From Octopus vulgaris (Eukaryota): a stretch of DNA of 64,000 nucleotides. Each line of letters opens with the position of its first letter. Positions within the stretch are counted from its first letter, which is position 1. Where the stretch lies: positions 64,914,001 through 64,978,000 of the forward strand of contig OX597816.1 in the NCBI GenBank assembly GCA_951406725.2, given 5' to 3'. The notes beneath the pieces were generated by a model. It was not told the origin of the DNA, did not search any database, and was given only the letters and a program-made list of their open reading frames with translations. Both the position numbers and the translations under genes were made by a program. Positions 41,140-55,319 of this stretch are shown piece by piece.

Positions 41140-41558
41140 TAGGCACAAGGCCCGAAATTTTAGGGGAGGGTGTCAGTCGATTAGATCGACCCCAGTATGT
41201 AACTGGTACTTTATTTGTTGACTCCGAAAGGATGGAAGGCAAAGTCGACCTCGGCGGAATTTGAACACAGGACGTAACGGCAGACGAAATACTGCTAAGC
41301 ATTTCGCCCGGCGTTGTAACGTTTCTTATTTCTTTACTGTCCACAAGGGGCAACACACAGAGGGGACAAACACGGACAGACAAACGGATTAAGTCGATTA
41401 TATCGACCACAGTGCATAACTGGAACTTAATTTATTAACCACGAAAGGATGAAAGGCAAAGTCGACTTCGGCAGAATTTGAACTCAGAAATTAACGGCAG
41501 ACGAAATAACGCTAAGCATTTCGACTGGCGTGCTAAAGTTCCTGCCAGCTTGCCGCCT
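41140..41558 (-). mobile_element. SINE family B copy adjoining a related SINE; more diverged relatives at about 40575-40775 and 40935-41110
   Basis: Family B head (reverse complement of GGCGGCAAGCTGGCAG) near 41545-41557, plus repeated GAAAGGATGAAAGGCAAAGTCGAC blocks. Confidence 0.8.
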
Positions 41559-43884
41559 TATGTTCTAAATATTCTATTAAAGCCACATGTTACCATTACA
41601 AGTAACGATGTTAATAGTGATGATGATGGTGAGGAGGAGGAGGAGGAGGAGGAGGAGGAGGAGGAGGACGACGACGACAGTAATAACGAACACGTCGAGG
41701 ACGACGACAACCAAGATAATGGCGATGATATGAACAAAAATATAGTTATAACTATAACTTGGTGACGAATCGCCAAGGGGAATCTTGACAGTTATGCGTA
41801 GCTGGACAGTCCATTACACCAGGTGACACAAAAAGCACACAAATAGACACTCACACACACACACACATGTATATATACGAGAAATGTATAAGTATGCATG
41901 TATGTATATATGTATATTATATATGAGTGTGTATACACACACATATATATTCAATGAATAAGGAGAATTGTACTCCCTATATAGCACAATTATTTAGTGC
42001 TCAAGGTTAATAGGGAATTGGAATAATACGGAAGACTTTTGAATTGAGATAAAATTCTTCGTTATCAGACCATATATGAAAAGTAAATCTTTAATCCTTT
42101 AAATGCTTCGTAAATATATATATGTAAAATAATTATTTGGATATGAGAGGCAAACATACGCATTGAAACGATACATATTCAGTGATATTTAAATCATATA
42201 AATTTGTACATACAGGATCGGTTCGTCGCATCAGAGGCGCTAATATTAAAACTCACGAGAGTATATGGAAAGTTCGAAGGGAGAAGTCCAAATTAAAACC
42301 CAAATATGAAAATTAACGTATAAATCCTTCGGCTGTTTGATGAACATAGCGATAAGAGCAAATATCGACTTAAATTCCATTTCTATATCGCTATTTCATT
42401 CATCAGAGATATGAGAAGCTATTTAAGAAAGAAAGGAGGATTTGCATTTTTATTATTATTTTGCTAAGTATTTCACTTCAAGTTTCAATACTATATCGTA
42501 TTTTAAAATTTCCCTCGACTAACCACTTTATATTTCTCTGTTTCACTCTACCTCGTCAACAAACATTTCAACTATGTAATTCCCAACTTCATGTCTTTAA
42601 CATTTCTCTCTTTCTCTTCACCTCTCACTTCCACTAATTCTCACTCTATCTCTCTCTTTCTCTTTCTCCCACTCTCTCCTCCTCGCTCTCTCTCTCTTTA
42701 TTTCTCAATGTCAATGCATCCCTTGTCCAACTCTCTCTATCTGCCTTTCTTTAACCTCAAGACCAGAACATCACCCTCTACTAAATATTGTATCCTAAAT
42801 ATATCTCTTTCTCTTTACCTTTCCCTTCCCACCCTACAGCACATCATTAACACTTCACTCTCTCTGTTTTCTCTCATTGTCTTTTTCTCTCGCTCTTTGC
42901 CTCTCCCTTCAACTAACCACGTGAGGCCTCTGTCCGTATCATACCTCTTTCTCTACTTCTTCCTCACATCTTTCTTCTCAACTCACACTCTTCACCTTCC
43001 CCCTCTTCCTCACATATGCACACGCACACACTTTTATTCCACTTCTCACTAACTCCACCTCCACCTTATGTGTATGTATAAATGTATTTATGCAGGTATG
43101 TATATGGGTGTATATACACAAATACCAGTAGAAAATACATACGTACATACTACACATGCATATATGTTGACACATACATACGAAGCTACCACATTTATGT
43201 ATTCGGATAAGTTCGTGTGTATATATGTATGCCTGTACACATATACACACAGATATTTATACATACATACACTCATCCGCTTACATATATATATGTATTG
43301 AAAACTGCTGATAAGATAAGCAACCAACAGTCGAAATATATATGGAGCCGAAACTCTTACATAAGAAAAATTATTAATAAAAACATATACTATACAACAA
43401 TAGACACTAGGAAATTAAATATTTTTGAAGCGGTACTTGAATTAAAAATAAAAGAAGAAATGAGTGCCTTCAGTATTAGCGGAAACAGTACGTCCCTCGC
43501 AAAAGCTTCTGATGTGACAAATATTTCTGTCTTAACGCATTCCAATACAATGGAATTTCGCTTGGAGTCTTGCATTTAATGCTTTGTAAGTATATGTAGC
43601 ATATTCCCAACGCCTTGCTTTTCGTGGTTATGCAAAAAAAGAAAATATATATTAAAACCCTTTTATCTCATTGAAAACCATATCTTATTGCCTTCGTACT
43701 TGGTTTCATGTAGCATTTATGAGATAACTATTAATATTTATGGAACCTGTTTGATAAATGTTCATGTTGGAAGGGATACAGTGGTAAATAAAATATTTAG
43801 AAACCCGGTTTGTTGAATAATATTCATATATACAGCTATCCATCTCCTCCGTTTACTATTCCTAGGAGGGTCGTGTGGGTAGCG

Positions 43885-44227
43885 TCCTCAGGTACCTCAC
43901 GATGGTCACTATCATCTTAGCTGGCGCAATTGTCATTACAGGCTCTGGCTTGATACCCAAGCGAAACCAACAAAATCTCTTGATATTATACAAACTTATC
44001 AGAATATATCTAATGATAAAAGATCGATTATTTCATTAGAATGTATATAGTTTTACACTCCCTTTAAAACTATATAACTACATGAATTATATAGAGTAAT
44101 TATGACATCATCCTCAGGTACCTCACTACTGTTTACTATCATCCTATCTGAAACAACCGTCATTACACGCCCTGGCTGGGATTCCAAGCGTAACCAATGA
44201 AGTCTCTTGATATTATACAAACTTCTC
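43885..44227. repeat. Diverged direct duplication (~115 bp, period ~226)
   Basis: TCCTCAGGTACCTCAC...TCTCTTGATATTATACAAACTT occurs at 43885-44000 and 44111-44227. Confidence 0.85.
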
Positions 44228-44429
44228 GTTCTTCCTCTATCTCTATCTTAACTCGGCTTGAAGAAAATATTTTGCAATTCTGCCCTACGATATTCTAATC
44301 ACATATCCGTTGTACCGGAGATGTGACCTCTTAATGCGGAGAAGTAGCGACACGACACATATACATAATTATATGTATGTTTGCATATATGTATACATAC
44401 ATGTATGCAGATATATTTGCCCTCTCTAA

Positions 44430-45030
44430 ACTTTATATGGGGCATTCTGTACCTGTGTATGGACAAAGATTGGAAGTTGTAAATAAATTCATTTACTATG
44501 GAAGTACTTTCAGCCCTACTGGTTTTGATGAGGAAATTTCGTATAGAATCAGCAAGTCGAGTTGTGCCATTGGTAGGCTTGAAAAGTGTCTCTGGTCATG
44601 CCATAGCAAATATTTCAAATTAAGTTAGTACATGTCCAATTATCGTTGCACTATGGAAGTAAGACATGGCTTATTTATCGTAGGTATTTAAAGCATTTCT
44701 AACGATATCATCAATGTTGTCATCGGAAAATTCTTGAGATGAATTGTAAAATGGCGATCAATGATATGGAAGTATTTGAGGGAAGTAGTTGTAGGAGTGT
44801 AGAATCAATGATTCTGTAAAGTCATTTTAGGTAGGGGGGACATCTGCTGGGAATAAATTATGGTGAGCTGGAAGATAGTAGGAAAGCGGCACATATATCC
44901 AAAATGAGGTTCAAGGACTAATTTTAAATTGCTTTATATTTAAGAGATGAGAAATTGTGCTGTTCATTCAACGGGGTCGTGTGGTGTGAATGAAATTTTG
45001 AGAATGTACTGGTAGGGGTAAGTAGATACA
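44430..45030 (+). mobile_element. Degraded RTE-clade LINE 3' fragment
   Basis: GQRLEVVNKFIYYGST..DEEISYRISKSSCAIGRL..LW, followed by LHYGSKTW..Y..H..RYHQCCHRKIL. Confidence 0.75.
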
Positions 45031-46997
45031 GAGAAGAGAAGAGATTTGTATGCAAGGAGGAGAATGGTATCAGCCAAAAGGAATAGCGGAGGAAAGAAGA
45101 AATAAAGTAAGACAGAAAGGAAGGAAGAAAGAAAGGGGAAGAAAAAATGAAAAAAGGAGTGCTAGGTGGTGGTCAAGATATTGTGAGGGGTGGGAGAGAA
45201 GAGCTGTCAGTATAAAATGAATAGGATGGTATAGAGGGAAGAGATAAGAATGTAAGGAAGGAATGTGTGTGAGAAGTGGGAGGTGGGCTGATATGTTTGA
45301 AAGGTACTAAGGTGGGGAGGTAGGTAAAGAAAATGGTATGGGTGGGTGTGCTAAAGTGAGTATTAAACCTCATATTTATATATGTGTGTGTACATGTATG
45401 TATATATATAATTACATACACCACATACACACAGAGACACACACACAGGCGCACACACATGCACATATACATATATATATGATTGTGGAGCTTGATTTAG
45501 CGGATATTTCTCGCGGATCAAAGCCACAACTTTGAGATTTCCTCCTTGATTACATATGTCTGTTAGTGGGCCAATGGGTTAGAACGTTATTACCAATATA
45601 TTAGATTATCTTGACTTATAGTTTCAATCTAGACTTGTACTAAGTGTACATTTGGGTGTAACATCAGTACTTGACTAATGTCATAAAATTTCATTTTGCT
45701 TATTCTAATTTAAACTGCTTTAGATTTTCGCAGCATACATTTACGTTTACGATTGTTCTTTTTAAATGATTTATATTGTAAACTTCACACGGAATACTTG
45801 ATAATTTTCGAGATTATTTTTAAACGTCTGGAATAAGATTCATAGAAATAGTTGCACCATCACAAGTGGGAGCATCTTAATTGATGACATAAACATCAAG
45901 CAAATGTTAGTGATAAAATGTGATACATTGACTTTTCTTAATATGCTCACAAACGCCGAGGGTGTTCTTGAGATTGCTGAGATAGCATATTACCGTACAG
46001 AATTCTATGTATGTAGTTTGATAGATTATTGTCCAGGGATCAAATCTTGCTTCGGTTAGCTTTTCATTTCCTTTCCTTCCTCTCCAACCCTTTGTCTCAC
46101 GTCTATTGATAATTAACGAATATCTTCGCAAGCATCTCAAAAGGATTGCCAGCATCAAATATTCATATATAAGCGAGAAAGTTATCATTTTAATGAGTTT
46201 TCGAGACCCATGAGTTAAGTTGTCCATTAGGACTTTTACGTTATTAACTATCAGAAGCTTACAGGCAAATCGAAAAGGTAAGAAGCATATATCAATGAAA
46301 TGCTGCACTTTGAGTTCTTATAAGATATTTAAGTTAGAATAACAGTTATTTAATTTCCTGTCTATAATCGAATCTATCTAATTGATTTCTACTGTCAGAT
46401 AACGATAAATTGGGAATGCTTACCGTTTATCGTGACCGCTTTTGGAAATCAATTTAAGTTTGCATTGATATTGTATCATTTCGTAGCCTAAAGTACCTCA
46501 GTTAATATCAAAACGGTTCAAGGCAGGTCAATGTTTAAACACTTGGCATGGATAGCAAAAAGAGCGGAACAGCAACATTAATTATCAGTGGAGCGATTTC
46601 CAGATTCATATAACGCAACACATTAAACTACATAAATAAAATTTACGAAATGTAATTTATTTATACATATATGGAGCTACATGCACAGCCATATACATGT
46701 ACACATATTTTGTCAGGGAGGTATATGCATGCACACTTATTGCATGTGTATGTAAGTCAGTGTGTGTGTATGGTGTATATACAATCCATGTGTATATTAA
46801 ATCCATGTATATATAATCCGTGCATATGTATATATAATCCATGTATGGGGGATTATTGTTTTCTGTAGATTTCCATAAAAGAACAGTCAAATATCAATTA
46901 TAAGATCGCCCCTATTTTATTTAGTTTTAAATGGAAACGTTTCACACTGACCTGTTCTGATTGCGAATTGCGTACTTGAGCGTGGAGGAACTGACTC

Positions 46998-47117
<120 letters not shown>

Positions 47118-47119
47118 AA

Positions 47120-47347
47120 GGCGGCGAGATGGCAGAAACGTTAGCGCGCCGGGCGAAATGCTTAGCGGTATTTCGCCTGTCGTTACGTTGTGAGTTCAAA
47201 TTCCGCCGAGGTCAACTTTGCCTTTCATCCTTTCGGGGATCGATAAATAAAGTACCAATTTCGCACTAGGGTCGATGTAATCGACTTAATCCCTTTGTCT
47301 GTCGTTGTTTATCCCCTCTGTGTTTAGCCCTTGTGGGTAGTAAAGAA

Positions 47348-47350
<3 letters not shown>
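47120..47350 (+). mobile_element. SINE family B monomer inserted in (TA)n
   Basis: Full-length match to 8834-9058. Confidence 0.9.
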
Positions 47351-47439
<89 letters not shown>

Positions 47440-47464
47440 GTATATATATATATATATTTATATA

Positions 47465-47728
47465 TTGATAGAAATGGTAAGACAACAAAAGAATGAAAGA
47501 GACCTCGATATTAGGTAAATAGAGGAATTTATCTGTAAATATGATATGTGACAATTATTCGGTAGCCATGGTAAAGCTGCGAGTTTCGGATGTCGGTCTT
47601 TTTCATAGCATTTTTTCGATGGCCGGATAACTGAAGACATGGCGCCGTGGGTTTCCGCTCCGGCATCCCAAACTCGGAGTTTTACCATGGCTACCGAATA
47701 ATTGTCACATATTATATTTACAGATATA
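47465..47728. repeat. Inverted pair of PLE terminal repeats (family of 61510/63245) with a mutated hammerhead at 47626-47686 (+)
   Basis: 47533-47596 is inverted at about 47660-47727. The motif reads GAUAA CUGAAGA ..GGCAUCC cAAAC UCGGA GUU UUACC, with G12 lost. Confidence 0.8.
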
Positions 47729-47759
47729 TAAATATATATGTATATGTATATATATATAT

Positions 47760-48014
<255 letters not shown>

Positions 48015-48298
48015 ACTGTACAAATCACTGCACATTAAACCGGAGTTTCTAACTTAGAACTGGTCGCTACATCCTTGTTACTTGCGTGAATTTTGCTACC
48101 CTAGTAACTGTTTATTGAATTATCCATGTTAACGGTAAACAAAGGATAATTCATTCATCCATTTACACACACACACAGACATCAAAGCGTCAAAGAAGCT
48201 TCCGTTTTTCCTGAGCGGCAAACTAAAACATCTTGCTTGTTGTTTTTTCACCTGTCTCTGTCTTTTTTCTAAGATTTTGAAACATATTTATATATATA

Positions 48299-48800
48299 CT
48301 AACAGTATCGCCCGGCGTTGCTCGGGTTTGTAAGGGAAATAACTATATAAGCATTTTTAGAGAGTTACTTCCTTTATAGATGCCAATTCGGGCTTTGTTA
48401 GCCATTTCTGTTTTGGTGTCTTCAAGCCATGAAGTCGTTGTTCTAAAAGAACGCTGGTCTCCTTGACAACGCATTACGACGTTGATTTCCTTACAGGTTC
48501 ACGAGGGAGGGAAGAAGGGGGAGAAGCAAACACAGGTGCAGGTGTTTGAGCGTGGACGCCAACTCCGCCGCCATCGACACACGAAAAATTATGCATTAAA
48601 ATGGAATAAAAATGATGTTAAATTATTTTTAAAATCGTAGACTCAACGTAGACGCGCGCTAATAGCCAGACGGGCTAGATATTAATCACGATTATAAGAT
48701 ACCCGGTTTTGGTTAAACTGCACCGCAAAATGTGGGAGGAGTTAGGAATCTAAATCGTAGGAGACAGACACTCACACAACTACAGTTATATATATATAGA
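48299..48800 (-). mobile_element. Non-autonomous Helitron (~502 bp)
   Basis: The minus strand starts TC and ends with a GC-rich hairpin (CCCGAGCAACGCCGGG), then ATACTGTTAG (CTAG-like). It sits between A and T with no TSD. Confidence 0.72.
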
Positions 48801-48962
48801 TATATCTGTAAAATAATATGTGAAAATTGTTCAAAAGCCAAGATAGACCTCAGAGTTTTATCTTCGCTATTGAATAATTGTTACATATTATTTTACAGAT
48901 AAATTTCCCCTATTTAGATAATATTGAGGTCTCTTTCTTTCTTTTGTTATCTTACCGTTTTT

Positions 48963-48968
<6 letters not shown>
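48801..48968. repeat. Fold-back of the same PLE terminal repeat, centred on CTCAGAG
   Basis: 48802-48846 is inverted at about 48855-48901; the right arm continues to the family terminus. Confidence 0.75.
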
Positions 48969-49052
<84 letters not shown>

Positions 49053-49631
49053 AATAGTAAAAAGTGAAAAAACTACAGAAGGCTTGTTTTAAAAGGTTAA
49101 AAAATATATATTTGAGTCATTATGTCTGAAGAATGTTATAAATTTTGTTCATACAATGACATAGTTTTTGAAGAAATGACCGGTTTCGCGTTCAGCTTTT
49201 CAAATTCCTTACATATATATTTATATATGAATGTATGTGCGTGTGAGTGTTTGCGTGTATATCAATGTTTGAAGATATATATGGATGTATGTATATATGT
49301 TATATCGAATACGTCAGAATGTAGCAAACACTTTGATTAAAATCCTGTTATTAACCTCGTATTATTTATTGAGTGTATCCGATGTTAAAGATCGAATATT
49401 TCATTAGAATTTATATAATATAACACCCTATCTAAAACTACATAAATGCACGAGTTATATTGTTTAATTGTTATGACGTCATCCTAATTATACCCTGCAA
49501 TTAGTACGGTGTTCTATGACAACAATTATATATCCATTAGCAGCTCTTTATGAATGACATATATTTGCCTGAATTGAACAACATGGTTTATTTGACTCTC
49601 CATGTTGTGGCCATGATATCTTTAATAATAA

Positions 49632-49671
<40 letters not shown>

Positions 49672-50317
49672 TGTGTGTGTGTGTGTGTATGTGTGTGTGT
49701 GTCTGTGTGTGTGCGCCCGCGCGTGCACTAGTCCTATATAAAGCTCAATTACAGAACTGCCACTATTGCCGCACACGGCTATAAAATGATCAGAAAGAAT
49801 AAACGTCATCGATTCCATTTATGGAAAAATCAATGTTTTCCAAGTAGCTGACAACGGCTATGCTGCTGTCATAAAGAGAAGGAAAGGTAGCGCCTATGAT
49901 TCTTTTATAACATTTACGAGATTGCAATGGGTAGTGGTGGAAGTTAGAACTGGGCAGAATGCTTCAATCGGAGTGGACTTCACTAAAAGCACCCGAAGTG
50001 CCAAGCGGGTGGAGCAAAAACTGTAAGGCATTTCCGTCCGCAGTTATTAAGTTCGCGACAACATAGCGTCTAGGATTTTCTTTCTTTCTGTGAAATATTC
50101 TCCAAAGCAAGCATTCGAGCCAGCTCTAACTTCCGCATCCATCGATGACAGTCTTGTAAACGTTATAAAAGAAAGCATGGGCAGTATTTTCTCATTGAAG
50201 ATTGACAGGCAAAGTTCTAAAATTGGTAGGATTTGAACTCAGAACTTTTCTACTTGATGCTCTGCAATTCGCAAATTAAATTAGTAATATGGTGTATAAG
50301 GTAACTAGTGAAGCTTA

Positions 50318-50548
50318 AGGAGGCAAGCTGGCAGAAACGTGAGCACGCCGGGCGAAATGCGTAGCCGTATTTCGTCTGCCGTTACGTTCTGAGTTCAAAT
50401 TCCGCCTAGGTCGACTGTGCCTTTCATCCTTTCGGGGTCGATAAATTAAGTACCAGTTACACACTGAGGTCGATCTAATCGACTTAATCCGTTTGTCTGC
50501 TTTTGTTTGTCCTCTCTGTGTTTAACCTCTTGTGGATAGTAAAGAAAT
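50318..50548 (+). mobile_element. SINE family B monomer with 19-bp TSD
   Basis: TSD AGGTAACTAGTGAAGCTTA lies at 50299-50317 and 50549-50567. Confidence 0.92.
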
Positions 50549-52159
50549 AGGTAACTAGTGAAGCTTATGATAAATCAAGCAATACATGCTTAAGATTGCT
50601 ATCGGTCATTTCATTTCATATGTATATGCTCCACATTTAATTTTTGAGACTGATTGGTAGGAAAGACTATTAAATGTTTATGATAACTAAAGAATGTGCT
50701 GGTGTAATGATCTTATAGTTGATCATTTAAACAGAGAAAATAACTAAACAGAAGTTTAAACAGAATTATGTTTGAAAATCTTGAACTGTGCTATTGACAA
50801 AAATATTCCAGATATCCCCGTCCTGGCTTACATGTTTACATACACACACACATACACACACACCCACATATATATGCACACATTTGTATTTATACATACA
50901 TATGTGTGGGTGTGTATTTTCACAAGCCTACATGCTCGTGTGCATGCACATGTGTGAGTATGCGTGTGTTTGCGCACGTATTAGCTGTGCTTTGATGGCT
51001 GAGTGTTGTGTATGGTTTAGTAGATATGTTGACGTATTGCGTCATTGTTGAGAGACTGCACATGTATCTTATGTCTATATATTATTTATGTGCGTGTGAT
51101 TGACTGCGGGCTCTATGTATGCGTTCATTGTGAACACTTGGTGGAAGTGATGTGCGTCAGTTAGGCTGCAGACGGAAGGACTTGGACATTTATTCTAAGT
51201 CTTTCATTTCAGGGTTCAATTGCAGAGAGGCAAGTTTGCCAATAATAATATTTATGGGTTTGATAAAATTAAGCATCTCTGAGAAGTAAATTGGAGGGGT
51301 TATTTTAGGGCGTGGACGAAATGATTTGGAGTATCTACTCACCGTATTGCAGTCGGAGGACAGAAGCAGGTGTTACAGATTTATAAAAATGTGGCCGAAC
51401 GTGATTTATAAAAACAAATTTCTGATGGAAGACAACGATAAACTGCATTCCTCACGAAAGGTTCACGACAAATACAAAGTATTTGTCATGTAGGTCGCTG
51501 CGAGTATGGCTCGATGATATATAACACGTCTTCGTTAATGCTTTTATGGGTCAATCCGCTCGCGAGCAGACAAAGAACTTTCACTTCACCGTTACTTTCG
51601 TCCCACCGGATAAGACACGATGGGACACGTGGAAGAACAGAGAGTCCCGTCAACATTCTGGCTACTAGTTATTAGGAGCCAAAATAAACTGGAGCAATAT
51701 GACATCAAATATCATGATCAGAGAATCGAGACTATGATTGTAAACCGAACATTCTTACCCTCTCCTAACGAATCTTACGTATAACGGAATGAGAGAAGTC
51801 GCTGCAAACCATTCGTCATATTTGTTTTCCGTATTCATAAATAACAATCAGCTCCTTTCATTGTAGAATGGAAGGAAGTAGATGCTGAGGAAAAGCTGGC
51901 GGAAAACAAGGGCAACTAGTCAAATTGTACGCCTGTAGAGAGAACATGGTGTGTGAGCCAAGGTCTAATTCAACAGAAATGTTGCAGGTTTATTTAACGA
52001 ATGTAAATTTACTGACAATTAATTCTCACAACTGTTGTCCGAGTATTTCAGCTAATATATAATTGCACATTTGTGTGTAAGCATAAACAAAAATATGTCA
52101 TGCATATATAAATATACATGCCTACATATATATATTTTGCAGCCAATTGTGCCCTCTCT

Positions 52160-53160
52160 TGTGAGTCATCAATCAATCTTCAGCAGAGTTCTTCAAGGAA
52201 CTGTACTTGGACCGTTACTCTTTGTAATGGCCCTGTCAGACATGTCCTCAGTCGTACATTCAGCCACTGTCACCAGCTACGTTGATGATACAAAAGTATA
52301 TCAGGCTCACAAGAACCCTGATGTCATAGTAAAACTGCAAACGAAGGGCATGCACATACAAATGGACCGATGAAAATAAAATGTAGTTCAATAATGTTAA
52401 GTTTCAAGCACCCCCCAATAGGCCCACAAACAGACTGCAATCGGAATACATAGGACCAAGGGGCAGTGCAATCGCAGAGTTAGAATTGGTACGTGACCTG
52501 AGAATCCACATGAGTAGTGATGCAACTTTCCATATGCATATTGCCAGGAGGGCAACACTGTGCAAGATGGATCTTTAGATTATTCACAACTAGAAATAAG
52601 GATACTTTGCTACTCCAATAGAGGACAGCGGTCCTCCGTCGTCTTCATTGCTGCTTCAAACCGTGGTCGCCGCAGAGCGTTAACATGGTGGCGGAACTTA
52701 AGGCAATCCAGTGTCACAACACAAAGAAGATTGTTGCAGTGAAACAGATGAGCTACTGCGAGAGGCTCCAAGAACTGAAGCTCTATTCCCTGGAGAGAAG
52801 GCGAAAAAGGTATGCAGTGATATACATATGGAAGACCCTGTACTGTCTACATCCCAACTTTGGAATTAAAAACTATACCAACAAACGAACTAAACAGTAC
52901 TACATAATACCAAGCATATCGTCTTTTTGATCGCAGAACAGGACCCGGTATTACAAAAGCTTAGGTTTCAGGGGACATCAAATGTTTAACATCCGGCCAA
53001 TGAGCCTAAGAGAACCTAAGAGAACTGCTTAGTGTACATGTGGAAACGTTCAAAAGGCAACTGGTCAAATTTCTGTCTGGACTTCCAGATGAGCCCACAC
53101 CACGGTAGGCGTCACAAAGAAGAGCAGCTTCATCCAGCTAGCTTATTCAATAAAAACAGT
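52160..53160 (+). mobile_element. CR1-type LINE ORF2 3' fragment (pseudogene)
   Basis: VLQGTVLGPLLF..SD..YVDDTKVY (RT core) and MSYCERLQELKLYSLERRR.RY..IYIWK (CR1-like C-terminus). Confidence 0.88.
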
Positions 53161-53259
53161 ATCGGAAGGAGACTCGGAATCACTGAAATGCGGTGCTCCA
53201 GCTTGGCCCCAACCTCTGACTGAACCCAGTAATGTAAATTAAAAATAGAACTTTAAAAT

Positions 53260-53351
<92 letters not shown>

Positions 53352-53390
53352 GCATATATATACACATACATACACACCCCACTATATATC

Positions 53391-53430
<40 letters not shown>

Positions 53431-53481
53431 TACATAGATATATAGTGGTGTGTGTATGTATGTATATATATATATATATAG

Positions 53482-53532
<51 letters not shown>

Positions 53533-54259
53533 ATAGAAATGTTTCAAAAAGAAAATAGAAACTACGAAATAGAAAGATATGGGGAATGTAACAAGAAAAA
53601 AGGCGAAAATGCACATTGAATATTGAAAAAAAATGTATATATATTTTCACTTTAGAATATTTTTTAAATTTAAAAAATATTCTAAAGTTAAAATGACTTT
53701 AAAACTTTAGTAAATATTTCTCAAAAGACCCGTACGTAACCTCCATGTGAAATCTTTTATTTTTCTTTCCGTTGGTCTTTTTCGAGTGCATTCAACGTAT
53801 TCCACGTCCCAAAATTTGGCTGCTATTTCTAGCATGCCCTGCCACCTCGTAACAGCTATTTGCAATTAAGGCCCCGAAATACCTGTTACATGGTAGCAGG
53901 GCGTGCAAGAAATAGCAGCCAAATCTTTCCTTTGTTTCTTGTGAAAAGAGCTGATTACACGTGATTTCGATGTCACGTTCGTTGAAAACACGAAATAATC
54001 TGGGAAAGAAAAAGATCCCACGAAACAAAATTCCTTTGATGGGAAACTCAGAGTTTTCCGGTGACCCAACAGGTACTCTATTATATATATATATACATAC
54101 ATACATACATATGTATACGTGTGTGTGTGTGTGTGTGTGAATGTATATATGTGTATATATATATATAGGGGGAAATATTCACAAAAAAACAAAAGATGAA
54201 GACAGGTGGTGTAGACAATAAACAGATGTATTAGTATAACGCTGGGGAAGTGAAAAATG

Positions 54260-54297
54260 TCGTTAACGTTTCGAGCCTACGCTCTTCCACAGAAAGG
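54260..54297 (-). ncRNA. Minimal hammerhead motif, CUGUNGA family
   Basis: CCUUU CUGUGGA A GAGC GUAG GCUC GAAAC GUU AACGA. It lies in a repeat (about 54165-54335) flanked by (TA)n. Confidence 0.55.
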
Positions 54298-54332
54298 AAC
54301 ACAGAAAGAAACAAGGAGGGAAAATAAAGAGC

Positions 54333-54389
<57 letters not shown>

Positions 54390-55319
54390 TATATTTATAT
54401 ATGCAAGTGTGTGTGTGTGTTTTTTCACACGGATATACACGCATATATACAAACTTGAAATATATGTATGTTCCTATTTCAGCATGTTTATATACATTTT
54501 CGTTGTACGTAAATATATATTTACCTACACACATACATTCGTACACTAACGCATGCATCACTACATTCTCGCAAACATCCGTCCTTATTTACAGCCGTTT
54601 TGCGTGTTGTAGGTATATCTCAAACCTCCATTCTCTATCCTCACAAAATTATATTATTTGCACATTTAAAATTTAATCACTTGCTTCTCTGTTATTCTAA
54701 TGGATCCTGTCATTGTAAGATAAGATATTTGCTTAATGGTATTTTCTCACATTGTTTTTCTTCTCACGAAAAACTGTCGTATGTTCAACAATACTTGTTT
54801 CTATATCTTTATACTTAATCTTCTCCATCGTCGATATATTTTTTCCTAATTCATAATCTTGGTATCATTGTCGTTTATCTTGCATTTGTATAACGTTTAT
54901 CTTTCCATATGGACCTATTATATTCTTATAGGGTTCGAAAATACAATTGTGAAATTCTTCATTTTCTTTATTCTATGTTATACATATATGCTGAGTATAA
55001 CTCCCTAAACAATATTTTCTGATAAAGCCCAATACTCTTACACAGCAAAATAAGTGTCTCCCTTGACAAAGGCGCAAATGACATGCTTTTATAACGTGTG
55101 TGCGAGTGTATTTGTATTACTGTGAATATATATATACATACATGTATATATATGTATGTGTGTGTGCATGTGTCTGAGTATGCGTACATTTGTGTACGTA
55201 TGTACTCAGGCATGACAGAAGTAAGTAGACACCCCATAAAACATCGTTTTAGGTTTGTTCTAACTTGTAAAGATTTATATTTTTATATTAATTGATATTT
55301 TTATGTTTCAGGTTCTATA

